From NCBI GenBank assembly GCA_964014485.1, contig CAXHAT010000042.1, forward strand, positions 1-45,817: DNA of 45,817 bases, given 5' to 3'. Source of the DNA: an uncultured Deferribacteres bacterium. GTDB taxonomy: Bacteria; Zhuqueibacterota; Zhuqueibacteria; Zhuqueibacterales; Geothermadaptataceae. A program made the translations under genes and the position numbers. How positions within the stretch are numbered: position 1 is the stretch's first letter; each line of letters starts with the position of its first letter. Positions 1-9,300 of this stretch are shown here, piece after piece. The notes beneath the pieces were generated by a model that saw only the letters and a list, made by a program, of their open reading frames with translations, did not search any database and was not told where the DNA came from.

Positions 1-20
1 GCGGAAATGCGCATTTCCGC
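1..20. repeat. Perfect 20-bp palindrome (REP-like), at the window edge
   Basis: GCGGAAATGC|GCATTTCCGC is its own reverse complement. Confidence 0.6.
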
Positions 21-86
21 CAACCATTTTTCTGTCAAAACAAGAAAGCAATTTGATCTAAATCTGAAATTCAAAGAGTAAGAAAA

Positions 87-224
87 ATGGATAACATTGG
101 ATTCCTGGTCGCCGCCTACAGCGTTTTTTGGGCGTTGATTTTTATTTACGTTTTCAGCATTTCAAAGCGCCAAAAAAGCATCGAGACCGAAATCGCCAAG
201 CTACAGGAAATGCAAGAAGGATAG
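87..224 (+). CDS. ccmD: CcmD-family small membrane protein (45 aa)
   Basis: Hand translation gives MDNIGFLVAAYSVFWALIFIYVFSISKRQKSIETEIAKLQEMQEG*: one TM helix with an AY..W...Y pattern followed by a charged coiled tail. Too short for the ORF track. Confidence 0.7.
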   Translation: MDNIGFLVAAYSVFWALIFIYVFSISKRQKSIETEIAKLQEMQEG

Positions 225-227
225 GAA

Positions 228-336
228 TGGATTGATGGAATATTGGATTGTTGGGATGCTCTACATAGTTCCAGTACTCCAGTACTCCAGTACTCCAGTA
301 CTCCAGTACTCCAGTACTCCAGTACTCCAGTACTCC
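228..336. repeat. 8-bp-period element: degenerate TGGAnTnn units followed by (TCCAGTAC)x8.4
   Basis: TGGATTGA TGGAATAT TGGATTGT TGGGATGC at 228-259, then a perfect TCCAGTAC tandem at 270-336. Confidence 0.9.
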
Positions 337-393
337 TGAATTCTACGAAGCGCACCTGTTCGCATCTTGCTTAACCCAACTGGATAAACGTTT

Positions 394-1515
394 TTGAAAA
401 CAGCCATTCTCTCAACATTCTATCCTTTTCGCGGCGGCATTGCTCAATTCAGCGCTTGTCTTTACCGCGCTTTCGAAAAGCGCTGCGAAGTCTCGGCCTA
501 CACGTTCACTCGGCAGTACCCGGGCGTGCTTTTTCCGGGGAAAACGCAGTACGTCACGGACGAGGACAACGCCGACCCGATTCCATCCATTGAATCGCTC
601 GACACGATAGATCCGATCTCGTGGCGGCGGACGGCGAAACGCATTGCGGCGGAGAAGCCGGATTTGCTTTTGCTGAATTATTTCATGCCGTTTTTTGCAC
701 CTTCCACAGGCTATGTGGCGGGTGCGCTCCAAAAGAGCGGGACAAAAGTCATTTCCATTGTTCACAACATTATTCCCCACGAAAAACGCCTCGGCGATTC
801 AGCGCTGATCAAGTATTTTGTGAAGCGCAACGACGGCTTTGTGACCCTCAGCAAAAGCGTCGCGGATGATTTACTCGCCTTCGATCCGCAGGCAAAATAC
901 ATTTTGAAACCACACCCGATTTACGACCATTTCGGCGAGAAAATGAACGCTCAGGCGGCGCGAAAAAAGCTCGGACTGGACGCCAACGCGAGCACTATTC
1001 TTTTCTTCGGCTTTATTCGAGAATACAAAGGCCTGGACGTGTTAATTCGCGCGATGCGCCATTTGCCGGAGAACCGTCACCTTGTCATTGCCGGAGAAAT
1101 GTACGGCGATTTTGAAAAATACGCCTCGCTCATTGCCGAGCTTGGGCTTGAAAGTCGCGTTAAAACTTTCATCAAATACATCCCGGACGACGAAGCAAAG
1201 TTGTTTTTTTCCGCCGCAGATGTTGGCGTGCTGCCCTACAAAAGCGCCACGCAAAGCGGCATTGCGCAGGTAGCGATGCACTTTGATCTGCCGTTGATCG
1301 TGACCAATGTCGGCGGATTAAGCGAACTGGTTGAAGATGGGAAAACGGGAATGGTTGTGGAAGCCCCGGAAGAAAAACAACTCGCCGACGCTCTGCGAAG
1401 ATATTTTGACGACGAACTGAAAATACCGTACTCCGCGGCAATAGCCGAGCAAAAACACGCCTTCTCCTGGGACGGTTTCGCCGACGCGGTTTTAAAATTG
1501 TATCAAAAACTGTAG
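394..1515 (+). CDS. Glycosyltransferase family 4 (GT-B)
   Basis: GGIA near the N-terminus, FFGFIREYKGLD, PYKSATQSG and VTNVGGLSE motifs; TTG start. Confidence 0.9.
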   Translation: MKTAILSTFYPFRGGIAQFSACLYRAFEKRCEVSAYTFTRQYPGVLFPGKTQYVTDEDNADPIPSIESLDTIDPISWRRTAKRIAAEKPDLLLLNYFMPFFAPSTGYVAGALQKSGTKVISIVHNIIPHEKRLGDSALIKYFVKRNDGFVTLSKSVADDLLAFDPQAKYILKPHPIYDHFGEKMNAQAARKKLGLDANASTILFFGFIREYKGLDVLIRAMRHLPENRHLVIAGEMYGDFEKYASLIAELGLESRVKTFIKYIPDDEAKLFFSAADVGVLPYKSATQSGIAQVAMHFDLPLIVTNVGGLSELVEDGKTGMVVEAPEEKQLADALRRYFDDELKIPYSAAIAEQKHAFSWDGFADAVLKLYQKL

Positions 1516-1522
1516 CCGAAAA

Positions 1523-2413
1523 ATGGCCCAACCGCTGGTTTACATTATTCTCGTCAACTGGAACGGCAAGGACGACACGCTCGCCTGCCTTGCTTCTCTC
1601 AAAAAAATAACCTGGCAAAATTATCGCATCGTTTTGGTGGACAACGCTTCGTCTGACGGCAGCGTTGAAGCCGTTGGGGAAGCGTATCCGGAAGTGAAAA
1701 TCGTTCGTAACCCGGAAAACTATCGCTTTGCCCGCGCCAATAATCAGGGCTTTGAATTGGCGCGGGCAAACGAAGCGGATTTTGTGCTGATGCTCAACAA
1801 CGATGTTGAAGTCGCGCCGGATTTTCTCGAAAAAATGATTGCAGCCGCGCAATCCGAAGAAGCGGTCGGCATTGTCGGCGCAAAAATATACTATTTCCAA
1901 CAACCGGAAATTTTGTGGTACGCAGGCGGAGAAATTAGCCTTTGGAAGGGCAAAATCGCACACCGAGGCATTCGTGAAAAAGACGTTGGGCAATTTGACA
2001 AGCGCAGCGAAACCGGCTATGTGACGGGCTGTTGTTTGTTGATCAGCCGAGCTTGCCTTGAGCAAAACGGCGGTTTGAATGAAGCGTATTTTATCTACGT
2101 CGAGGACGCGGATTTTTGCTTTCGCGCGCAAAAAAGCGGCTTCAAAACGATGTTCGAGCCGTCCGCCAAAATCTGGCACAAAATCTCAGCCAGCAGCGGG
2201 GGCAAAGAAGCGGCGGGGGGGATGACGGCGTTCAAAGTCCGCCACAAAATTCGCAGCTCCTTTCAATTCTTCAGTAAATTTGCCAGATTCTACCACTGGC
2301 CGACAATCATTCTTTTCTCGGAGATCTATTTCCTAAAGGCGGGGTTGATGATGCTGACTTCGAAGAACTGGCGAGGATTGAAGGCGATGATTAAGAGCTT
2401 TTTTTCACGATGA
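1523..2413 (+). CDS. Glycosyltransferase family 2 (GT-A)
   Basis: IILVNWN, VDNASSDGS, LNND, TGCCLL and YVEDADFC motifs. Confidence 0.92.
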   Translation: MAQPLVYIILVNWNGKDDTLACLASLKKITWQNYRIVLVDNASSDGSVEAVGEAYPEVKIVRNPENYRFARANNQGFELARANEADFVLMLNNDVEVAPDFLEKMIAAAQSEEAVGIVGAKIYYFQQPEILWYAGGEISLWKGKIAHRGIREKDVGQFDKRSETGYVTGCCLLISRACLEQNGGLNEAYFIYVEDADFCFRAQKSGFKTMFEPSAKIWHKISASSGGKEAAGGMTAFKVRHKIRSSFQFFSKFARFYHWPTIILFSEIYFLKAGLMMLTSKNWRGLKAMIKSFFSR

Positions 2414-2510
2414 CCGTGAGACAACGTCAGTTACTCAACCGCTGGTTTGCGGCAGTAATGCTGGAGTCAGACGCTTCAGCGTTTGAGACGTTAGTTCCGT
2501 AGCTCCGGGC

Positions 2511-2620
2511 GCTGTCTCAAAACACAAGAAGCGACATACAGAATGTCTCGTAGGGGTTCAAGACTTTGAACCCCTACGTGTGGCGTACCTGTCAGTCAAA
2601 GACCATGTTTTTGGACCGCC
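2511..2620. mobile_element. MITE-like element, copy 1, with internal GTAG REP hairpin (2550-2577)
   Basis: Ends GCTGTCTCAAAACAC...CATGTTTTTGGACCGCC; core GTAGGGGTTCAAGACTTTGAACCCCTAC; similar to copies at 14028 and 38169. Confidence 0.7.
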
Positions 2621-2638
2621 TACTCCCCGTTTTCGACG

Positions 2639-3667
2639 TTACTTGTTTGCTTCCGAAATAATCCGCTCCACAGCTTCTTGCAATTCTATCTGCCCCAAAA
2701 CATATGGTTCAAGATGCTGCTTGAGATAGGGGAGATGCTTGTCAAAAACTTTCTCTCGCACCATGTACAACTCATAGGTTTCAAAGCCGTTGGCGAGCAG
2801 TAAATCTTGCACAACGCGGCCGGAAATGTAAAACAAAATCGAATGCCACAATTGACGCGGCGCCTTTAGTCCAAGCGTTGTCTCCGATTTTTGAATGATG
2901 TCGCTAACACGCCCTCTTCTCCCGCCAATTAACGCATGGCTCGCTTCGTGAAAAACGGTCTCCAACCAGTCGCCGGGCAATCTTTCGCCGCCCGTGCCGG
3001 TCACGATGTGCGTCTGCGGCCGATTGGTCGTATAAGCTCCCGCCCAACTGCCGTAATCGCTCAAATCGACGCGTATTTTGTATGGCGGCCAGGACGTTCC
3101 CGTGAGTTCGGCAAGTCGTTCCACCGCTTGCTTTTCCATTTTTAACAAAACAACGGCGTTGTTCTTAAAAGTTTGCTGATTGCGTTCGTGATGTGACGGC
3201 CAAAAATGTTTTTCGTAAATGGATTTGCTTTGATTAAGAAGCGTGATGAACGTTGGATCGATTTCTTCCGCCTTTAGGTTTTCAGCCTGTTCGAACCTGA
3301 TTAGCGAGCGTTTAATATTGAATAACCGCCCGTTAAAAAGCAGATCTTTGTCGATCAAATTCTCCTGATAATAAACCAGAGCTTCCTTGAGCGTTTCCTG
3401 CTCCAGAGCGGATAAGCCTGAAAACAAATCCGTAAAGGGCGCTGCGTTGGCGCTGTCTTTCTCCGCATCCTTCGCTTCTTTGAAGAGAAAGTGATGCAAG
3501 TTGATCCAGAAATTGCTGTAAAATTTGAAATAAGCTGTGGAGTCGACCAGGCTGGTTGCAGGCTCAGGATTTGTTGCCTGTGCGAATGATTGCGAAGGCG
3601 CCCCCGCCGAGATGAGAAAAACGGCGCAGACGATTATTTTCAAGAATGGCTTAACGGCGTTTTTCAT
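2639..3667 (-). CDS. Secreted hypothetical protein with HEXXH motif (possible zinc metallopeptidase)
   Basis: N-terminal signal peptide; FHEASH motif; 342-aa ORF. Confidence 0.7.
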   Translation of the reverse strand: MKNAVKPFLKIIVCAVFLISAGAPSQSFAQATNPEPATSLVDSTAYFKFYSNFWINLHHFLFKEAKDAEKDSANAAPFTDLFSGLSALEQETLKEALVYYQENLIDKDLLFNGRLFNIKRSLIRFEQAENLKAEEIDPTFITLLNQSKSIYEKHFWPSHHERNQQTFKNNAVVLLKMEKQAVERLAELTGTSWPPYKIRVDLSDYGSWAGAYTTNRPQTHIVTGTGGERLPGDWLETVFHEASHALIGGRRGRVSDIIQKSETTLGLKAPRQLWHSILFYISGRVVQDLLLANGFETYELYMVREKVFDKHLPYLKQHLEPYVLGQIELQEAVERIISEANK

Positions 3668-3749
3668 AATATCTCCCGTCTTGGGTTCAAGATAATCTTT
3701 TTGATTCTGCAGAGTCCTAACCTTTACTCACAAGTCTGGGCAAAAACTT

Positions 3750-3842
3750 AGCTCCAAAGGAGCGAAATGTAAGAGCGAAGGGCAACGCCCTGGAAAATGT
3801 CAGCGCCCGACCATTTCCCAAAGCCCTGTCAGGGCGAAACAA
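3750..3842. repeat. Composite REP-like element of three short hairpins
   Basis: AGCTCC-AAA-GGAGCGAAAT, AGGGC-AAC-GCCCT and AGCCCT-GTC-AGGGCGAAAC; the first and third are related direct repeats. Confidence 0.6.
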
Positions 3843-3927
3843 ACGCGGCCGTTCGAGCACTTTCATTATACGAGGGCTTTTTTCAAGCCGCCCCACCCCA
3901 AAACTTATGGGTCAGGGTTATGCAGGG

Positions 3928-4902
3928 TCATGGCTTGTTGGCCAGAATAATGGCTCTGACCGGCGCCGGATGACCTTCAATGGTCAAGTCAGAATTCTCT
4001 GGATCTAGAAAATCCGGCAGCGAGTGAAAAGTCATCCAGTCGGTGGAACGCTGCTCTTCAACCGTCGTTTTAGTGACGTCTATGACGCGAATATTTTTGT
4101 AGCCGCATCTCTCCATCCACGCGACAAGCGTCGGAGGGGACGGGAGAAACCAAACGTTGCGCATGCTGGCGTAACGTCCTTGCGGCACAAGCGTTTGGCC
4201 TTCTTTTTCTTCAATCACCAGCGTTTCCAGGACCAGCTCCCCGCCGGGACGAAGCGCTGATTTTAGCTCAAGCAAATGATCAATCGGCGAACGACGATGG
4301 TGCAAAACGCCCATGGAAAACACCGTGTCGAAAGCTTGCAGGTTTTGCGGAACGTCTTCGAAGCCCAACGGTAAAACGTGGACGTTTCTGTGCGGCAGAA
4401 ATTTTTTTACGGTAAAAAATTGCATTACAAAAAGGATGTACGGATCAACGCCCAGCACTAACTCAGCGCCTTCTCCCGCCATGCGCCAGCAATGGTAGCC
4501 GTTGCCGCAACCAACGTCCAGCACTGTTTTACCCGCCAGCGGTTGAACATGATCTTTGAGCCTGTCCCACTTCCAATCCGACCGCCACTCGGTTTCAATG
4601 CTTATGCCGAAAATCTCAAACGGCCCTTTGCGCCAGGGGTGGAGCTTTCTGAGTTGGCGCTCGAGTTTTTCATGTGTTTTGTCGTCGCAATCACTTTTTT
4701 GGCCTACTCTCATACTTTCCGTTCTTAAGTCGAAGGAAGACGGCGTGATTTCAGGCAATTCTTCCAAAACTTGAAGCCATCGTTCCAAATCGCCATGTTT
4801 GTCGGGCCGGAGAACGCGGTTAATTTTTTCGGGAAGATGCTCCGCCCACAGGTGCAGCCGACTCTCGGCCATCAGTTCATAGAGGCGCTTGTAATTGATC
4901 AT
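3928..4902 (-). CDS. cmoB: tRNA U34 carboxymethyltransferase CmoB
   Basis: PWRKGPF, ETEWRSDWKW, LDVGCGNGY, MGVLHHRRSP and YASMRNVWF motifs; start placed at the ATGA overlap with the cmoA stop (4899-4902). Confidence 0.95.
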   Translation of the reverse strand: MINYKRLYELMAESRLHLWAEHLPEKINRVLRPDKHGDLERWLQVLEELPEITPSSFDLRTESMRVGQKSDCDDKTHEKLERQLRKLHPWRKGPFEIFGISIETEWRSDWKWDRLKDHVQPLAGKTVLDVGCGNGYHCWRMAGEGAELVLGVDPYILFVMQFFTVKKFLPHRNVHVLPLGFEDVPQNLQAFDTVFSMGVLHHRRSPIDHLLELKSALRPGGELVLETLVIEEKEGQTLVPQGRYASMRNVWFLPSPPTLVAWMERCGYKNIRVIDVTKTTVEEQRSTDWMTFHSLPDFLDPENSDLTIEGHPAPVRAIILANKP

Positions 4903-5645
4903 TTGACCGCCAAAATAGATAAAAAGTTGAAGCACTGAAACCACGTTTCAACTTGCTGAAATCCGCAAGAAAGCAATCGCTCATGATGAGCGGCTTCAGT
5001 TTCCGGTACGAGTACATTTTCCAGCGCCGTACGTTTGCCCGCGATTTCTAACTCACTGTAACCATTAGCTTTTTTAAAACTTAGGTGCAATTGCGCTTGC
5101 AGCTTCTGCGCGTCATCATTCTCAAAAACAATTTTTTCGGAGAGAATCAGCGCGCCGCCTGGATTCATGCCCTGGTAGATGTTTTGCAAAAGTGTTTTGC
5201 GCTGATCCGGAGCAATGAATTGCAAGGTAAAGTTGAGCACGACAACCGAAGCTTTTTCAATCGGGATGTTTTGAATGTCGTCGCAAATGAGCTCGACCGA
5301 CGACTCCGCAGGCGATTCCCGAAATGTCTCACGGCAACGTTCGATCATTGCTTTTGAATTGTCGACGGCGATGATTTTGCACCCGAGCGCCTTGGCCCCG
5401 CGTTGCAAAGCGAGCGTTGAAGCGCCGAGAGAACAACCTAAATCGTAACAAAGACTGTCAGGCTGTGCAAATTTCTCGGCAATGACGCAAATCATCGGCA
5501 AAATTGTTTCATACCCTGGTACGGAGCGGCGAATCATATCTGGAAAGACCGCCGCCACCGCTTCGTTGAAAGCGAAATCGACGACGTCGCCGTCTGCGTT
5601 ATAAATACGATCTCTTCTCTCTCTAACTCTCTTTTCGTTCTGCAT
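4899..5645 (-). CDS. cmoA: Carboxy-S-adenosyl-L-methionine synthase CmoA
   Basis: VFPDMIRRSVPGY, YDLGCSLGA, LNFTLQF, GYSELEI..KR..LENV and WFQCFNF motifs. Confidence 0.95.
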   Translation of the reverse strand: MQNEKRVRERRDRIYNADGDVVDFAFNEAVAAVFPDMIRRSVPGYETILPMICVIAEKFAQPDSLCYDLGCSLGASTLALQRGAKALGCKIIAVDNSKAMIERCRETFRESPAESSVELICDDIQNIPIEKASVVVLNFTLQFIAPDQRKTLLQNIYQGMNPGGALILSEKIVFENDDAQKLQAQLHLSFKKANGYSELEIAGKRTALENVLVPETEAAHHERLLSCGFQQVETWFQCFNFLSILAVK

Positions 5646-5733
5646 GATTTTGTTTTGTTGCGTTCAGATTGTACTTGTTTTGAGCGTTTGCTTCTCATTA
5701 TTGCCGCCCAAATTACGTTAAATTGACATAACC

Positions 5734-6891
5734 ATGAAACGAAAATATTTGCTGATCGCATCCGCCGTTATTTTGAGTTGCGGGAAGGACGGCATGCAGG
5801 AACCGGAAAATCCGGAGCATGACTTCACGTCTCTCAATACGCGCATCGAAAATTTTATTCAACGGGAAAACGTCGCTTCCATCTCGGCGGCGATAATTAG
5901 CGAAAATGAGGTTATTTGGGAAAACGGATTTGGCCGGCGCGATCTAAACGAAACTGACCAGGCGCGCCCGGAGACGATCTACTTACTCGCTTCGATTTCG
6001 AAGCTGGTTACGGCCACCGCGGTCATGCAGCTTGCCGAACAGGGGAAGATCGACCTTGACGCTGATATCGGTGATTACCTGCCGTTTCCGGTGCGCAACC
6101 CGTATCATCCGGATTCAATAATTACGCCGCGCCATTTCTTAAGCCACCGTTCGAGCATGGCAAATCCGGATTTTTCCGAGGCCCCAAATTTCTACGAAGG
6201 TTTTCCCGCAGGCAAAGCGCCAAGGTTGTTTCCCTGGATTCGAAATTATATCACAGTTGGACAGCCGGAATATGAGCCGATGATTTGGAAGCAACACGCG
6301 CCGGGTGAAGCCATCGTGAGCTCGAATGCAGGCATGGCCTTGCTTGGTTATCTTGTTGAATATGTGGCCGATGTGAATTTCGCGGAGTATTGCGATACAA
6401 ACATTTTTGAGCCGTTGGAAATGAATGATTCCGGTTTTCGTTTGGGGCAGGTCAATCAAGCCAAAACGGCGACTTTATACGCTGCAAACGGCGGCAAAGT
6501 CGAACCGTTCAGCGTGCGATTTTACCCTGCGGTGATGCTACGCAGCTCGACTCGTGATTTGAGTCGTTTTATGATGGCTTTCATGAATAACGGCGCCTAC
6601 AAAAGCGTTCGAATTCTGGAAGAAAATAGCGTTCAGGAGATGTTGGAGGTCAAATTTTCTGACGCAAATTTGGCTTTCGGTTCCGGACTTGGGCTTGTGT
6701 GGCGCTCCTACCGCGACGGTAACTGGCTGGGCCATACCGGCGGCCTTGCGGGCGTTTCCGCCAGCTTCGACTTTCACAAGTCGCACAAAATCGGCGTGAT
6801 TGTACTTTCAAATCAATCCAGCGTCGGCGCCGTCTACCCCGGCGGAGAAATCTATGATTTGCTGCACAGTGAAGCGCAGAAGTTTTTTTGA
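5734..6891 (+). CDS. Serine hydrolase, beta-lactamase/AmpC-like family lipoprotein
   Basis: Lipobox ILSC; SISK (SxxK), LSHRSS, IFEPLEM and GHTGG motifs. Confidence 0.88.
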   Translation: MKRKYLLIASAVILSCGKDGMQEPENPEHDFTSLNTRIENFIQRENVASISAAIISENEVIWENGFGRRDLNETDQARPETIYLLASISKLVTATAVMQLAEQGKIDLDADIGDYLPFPVRNPYHPDSIITPRHFLSHRSSMANPDFSEAPNFYEGFPAGKAPRLFPWIRNYITVGQPEYEPMIWKQHAPGEAIVSSNAGMALLGYLVEYVADVNFAEYCDTNIFEPLEMNDSGFRLGQVNQAKTATLYAANGGKVEPFSVRFYPAVMLRSSTRDLSRFMMAFMNNGAYKSVRILEENSVQEMLEVKFSDANLAFGSGLGLVWRSYRDGNWLGHTGGLAGVSASFDFHKSHKIGVIVLSNQSSVGAVYPGGEIYDLLHSEAQKFF

Positions 6892-6909
6892 GGCGTTTCG
6901 AGAATCATC

Positions 6910-9300
6910 TTAAAAATTATCAAGCACGTTTATCCCCGCTTTTAGTAACCGTCGCTGTCCTTCCCAGTCGTACTCGCCGCTTGCGCCATTCGGTAAAACG
7001 ATTTCACCGGTAATACCGCCATTTTCGGAGCGCCTTAACTTCACAGTAATTTCGCCTTGCGGGTGCGGCATTTTGGCTTCAATAAATTGTAATTCGCCAA
7101 GCTCCGGTTGTACGAGAACGGAGCGAAATCCCGGCTCCAGCGGACGGACGCCGCAGATGAGGGCGAGTAGGTGGTAGTTGGGGCTGGCGCTCCAGGCGTG
7201 GCAATCGGAGCGCGTCGGTTCCGGCTCTTCGGCGAAGGTGGTGAGTCCGAGCTTGAGCATGTCGCGCCAGGGTTCGAGTTGTTCGAGGTAGCGCTTAGCC
7301 ATGCCGGCTTTTTGTAACGCATTGAAAAGATAGAATTTGAAATAGAAAGTGCATTGCGTCAACTCGCCGTCCGCGAGAACCCGCTCCATGACGCGCTTTT
7401 CTTGTTCAGGTTGAAACAAACCCACGAGAACGCCGAGCACGTTTGGATGCTGACTGAAGCTCGTTTTCTCCGGCGTATCCGCGAGCAGACCGCGTTTTTC
7501 GTCCCAACAATTTTTATAAACGGCTTTGGTGAGCGTGTCAAAGAGCTTGCGATAATAAAGCGCCTCCGACGGGCGGTTGAACGCCTCGGACATTTTTGCC
7601 GCGTATTGCAAAACATAAGCGAATTGCAAGGCGACAATCGAAGAACCGCCCTCGTCCGCGCCCGGGGGCACGCCGCGATCCCAAGCCCAGTCGATGAAAT
7701 TCCACCAGGGAACCGCGCCAACCATGCCCGTTTCATCGATGTACTGGGCATACCAATCGACTACGCCGCGAACGCCGCGCAGGTGCGATTGGACAAACGC
7801 AGCATCGTCGCGGTGCATCCAATAATCATAAACCATGGCGATCCAAAGCAGTGAGTAAGGCGGGATGAATTGCGTGCCGTGTACGGGGTAGCGACTTTGC
7901 GTCAGGCCGTCCGGCATTTGTGAATCGGCGAAATCCTGAATGGCGCGCCGCATTAGCCGATCATCTCCAGCGTTGTAAAGCGAGATGAGCGCCTGGATGC
8001 GCGTGTCGCCGACGTATTGCAATTGTTCGTAGTAGGGGCAGTCGAAATACGTCTCTCCGGCGCAAAGCCGCGCTGTTCGCCAACCGACCTGCCATATTTT
8101 TTCCAATGAAGAATCGCTGCTGGTGAAAGACGCGCGCTGCTCAAAAGGATAAGCCGTAAAAATGCCGTACAAATCGTGAATTTTGAGCGCGTGGTCTTTT
8201 GTTGTTATATCGAGCTGCAAGTATCGGAAAGTTCGCCACCAGAGCGATTGGAAACGCCGGTTCTCGCCGCCGTCCGGCAAAATCATGTCGGAGTAGCCAC
8301 GAATTTCCATGCCTTCGAGATGATCACGATGGCTTTTTTTTCTGGGATCGTCTTTTTCAAACAGCGCTTCGGCGTAGGTCAATTTGATTTTCGCGTCTTT
8401 ACCGCCGGAGGTTGTTAGAACGGGGTAGGCTGTGGTTAAAAATGTTTGATCGAGTAATAACGTTGCGTTTGTGTTTGGCGGGATATCCAGCGGCGTTTCG
8501 TTTTTCAGGAAACCGTCGTGGATTTGAACGCCCGATGCGCGTGCAATTTTTGGGATGCGTTGCGGAGATTCTTCCATCAACGGAATTTGGCGCGGCACGA
8601 GTTTCCAGCCGTCGTAGCTGCCGTGCTGTTTGCCCCAGTGTTGCACTGGGCGACGAATTGCGCGCGCGCTTTTCCAGTCGCTGTCATCGTAATTTGGGTC
8701 TTGCCAACCCCAGGGATATTTTTCAGCATCAACTAGTTCACCGGGCCCGACGACGATGTAGTACCAGCCAAGTGATTTACGGTCCACTGGTAATAACGAG
8801 TAAGCTTCGTTTTTTAGAACCTTCCAGCTTTCGTTGGTGTTGATGGCTGATTCAAGCTGATCATTGCCTTGCAGGATGAATGCGGTGCGGTGGGTGAATT
8901 GCGCTTCAGGGCGGTGTTCGGCAAAATTCCAGACAACCGCCGCGACGGTGTTTTTGCCGGACTTCAAATATTTTGCGACATCGAGCGTTTCAAAGCGCCA
9001 GTGCATCAAATCGCCGCGCGCGGGGCCAAAGCTAACCGATTCGCCGTTCACAAAAAGGCGGTAACGGTTGTCGGCGGAGACGTGGATGATGAATTCTTCC
9101 GGCAGTTCGTCCATTTCGAAGGATTTGCGAAAATGCCAAACGCCCGGCTCTTGACCGCTTCCTGAGTTCGGGCCAATCCATTCCGCCTGCCACTCTCCGG
9201 CGAGCAGGTCTGGGTTGATTTTTTCAGACATTTCCGTTTGTGCAGCAAGCATGTTCATATTGATCGCTATCCAAATGAGAAAGAGTCGAGCGTGGTTCAT
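6910..9300 (-). CDS. Alpha-L-rhamnosidase (GH78)
   Basis: Signal peptide; SADNRY, DCPYYEQLQYVGD, FIDW and RSDCHAWSASP motifs. Confidence 0.9.
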   Translation of the reverse strand: MNHARLFLIWIAINMNMLAAQTEMSEKINPDLLAGEWQAEWIGPNSGSGQEPGVWHFRKSFEMDELPEEFIIHVSADNRYRLFVNGESVSFGPARGDLMHWRFETLDVAKYLKSGKNTVAAVVWNFAEHRPEAQFTHRTAFILQGNDQLESAINTNESWKVLKNEAYSLLPVDRKSLGWYYIVVGPGELVDAEKYPWGWQDPNYDDSDWKSARAIRRPVQHWGKQHGSYDGWKLVPRQIPLMEESPQRIPKIARASGVQIHDGFLKNETPLDIPPNTNATLLLDQTFLTTAYPVLTTSGGKDAKIKLTYAEALFEKDDPRKKSHRDHLEGMEIRGYSDMILPDGGENRRFQSLWWRTFRYLQLDITTKDHALKIHDLYGIFTAYPFEQRASFTSSDSSLEKIWQVGWRTARLCAGETYFDCPYYEQLQYVGDTRIQALISLYNAGDDRLMRRAIQDFADSQMPDGLTQSRYPVHGTQFIPPYSLLWIAMVYDYWMHRDDAAFVQSHLRGVRGVVDWYAQYIDETGMVGAVPWWNFIDWAWDRGVPPGADEGGSSIVALQFAYVLQYAAKMSEAFNRPSEALYYRKLFDTLTKAVYKNCWDEKRGLLADTPEKTSFSQHPNVLGVLVGLFQPEQEKRVMERVLADGELTQCTFYFKFYLFNALQKAGMAKRYLEQLEPWRDMLKLGLTTFAEEPEPTRSDCHAWSASPNYHLLALICGVRPLEPGFRSVLVQPELGELQFIEAKMPHPQGEITVKLRRSENGGITGEIVLPNGASGEYDWEGQRRLLKAGINVLDNF

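Noticed and set aside
270..336. Tandem arrays here and at 45763 as CRISPR
   Set aside because: The 8-bp units are contiguous with no spacers, and there are no cas genes.
146..355. Minus-strand 69-aa ORF with STGVLEYW repeats
   Set aside because: It is a translation of the 8-bp tandem array and overlaps the better ccmD-like ORF on the other strand.
1172..2179. 335-aa minus-strand ORF
   Set aside because: It is the antisense shadow of two well-supported glycosyltransferases and has no recognisable motifs.
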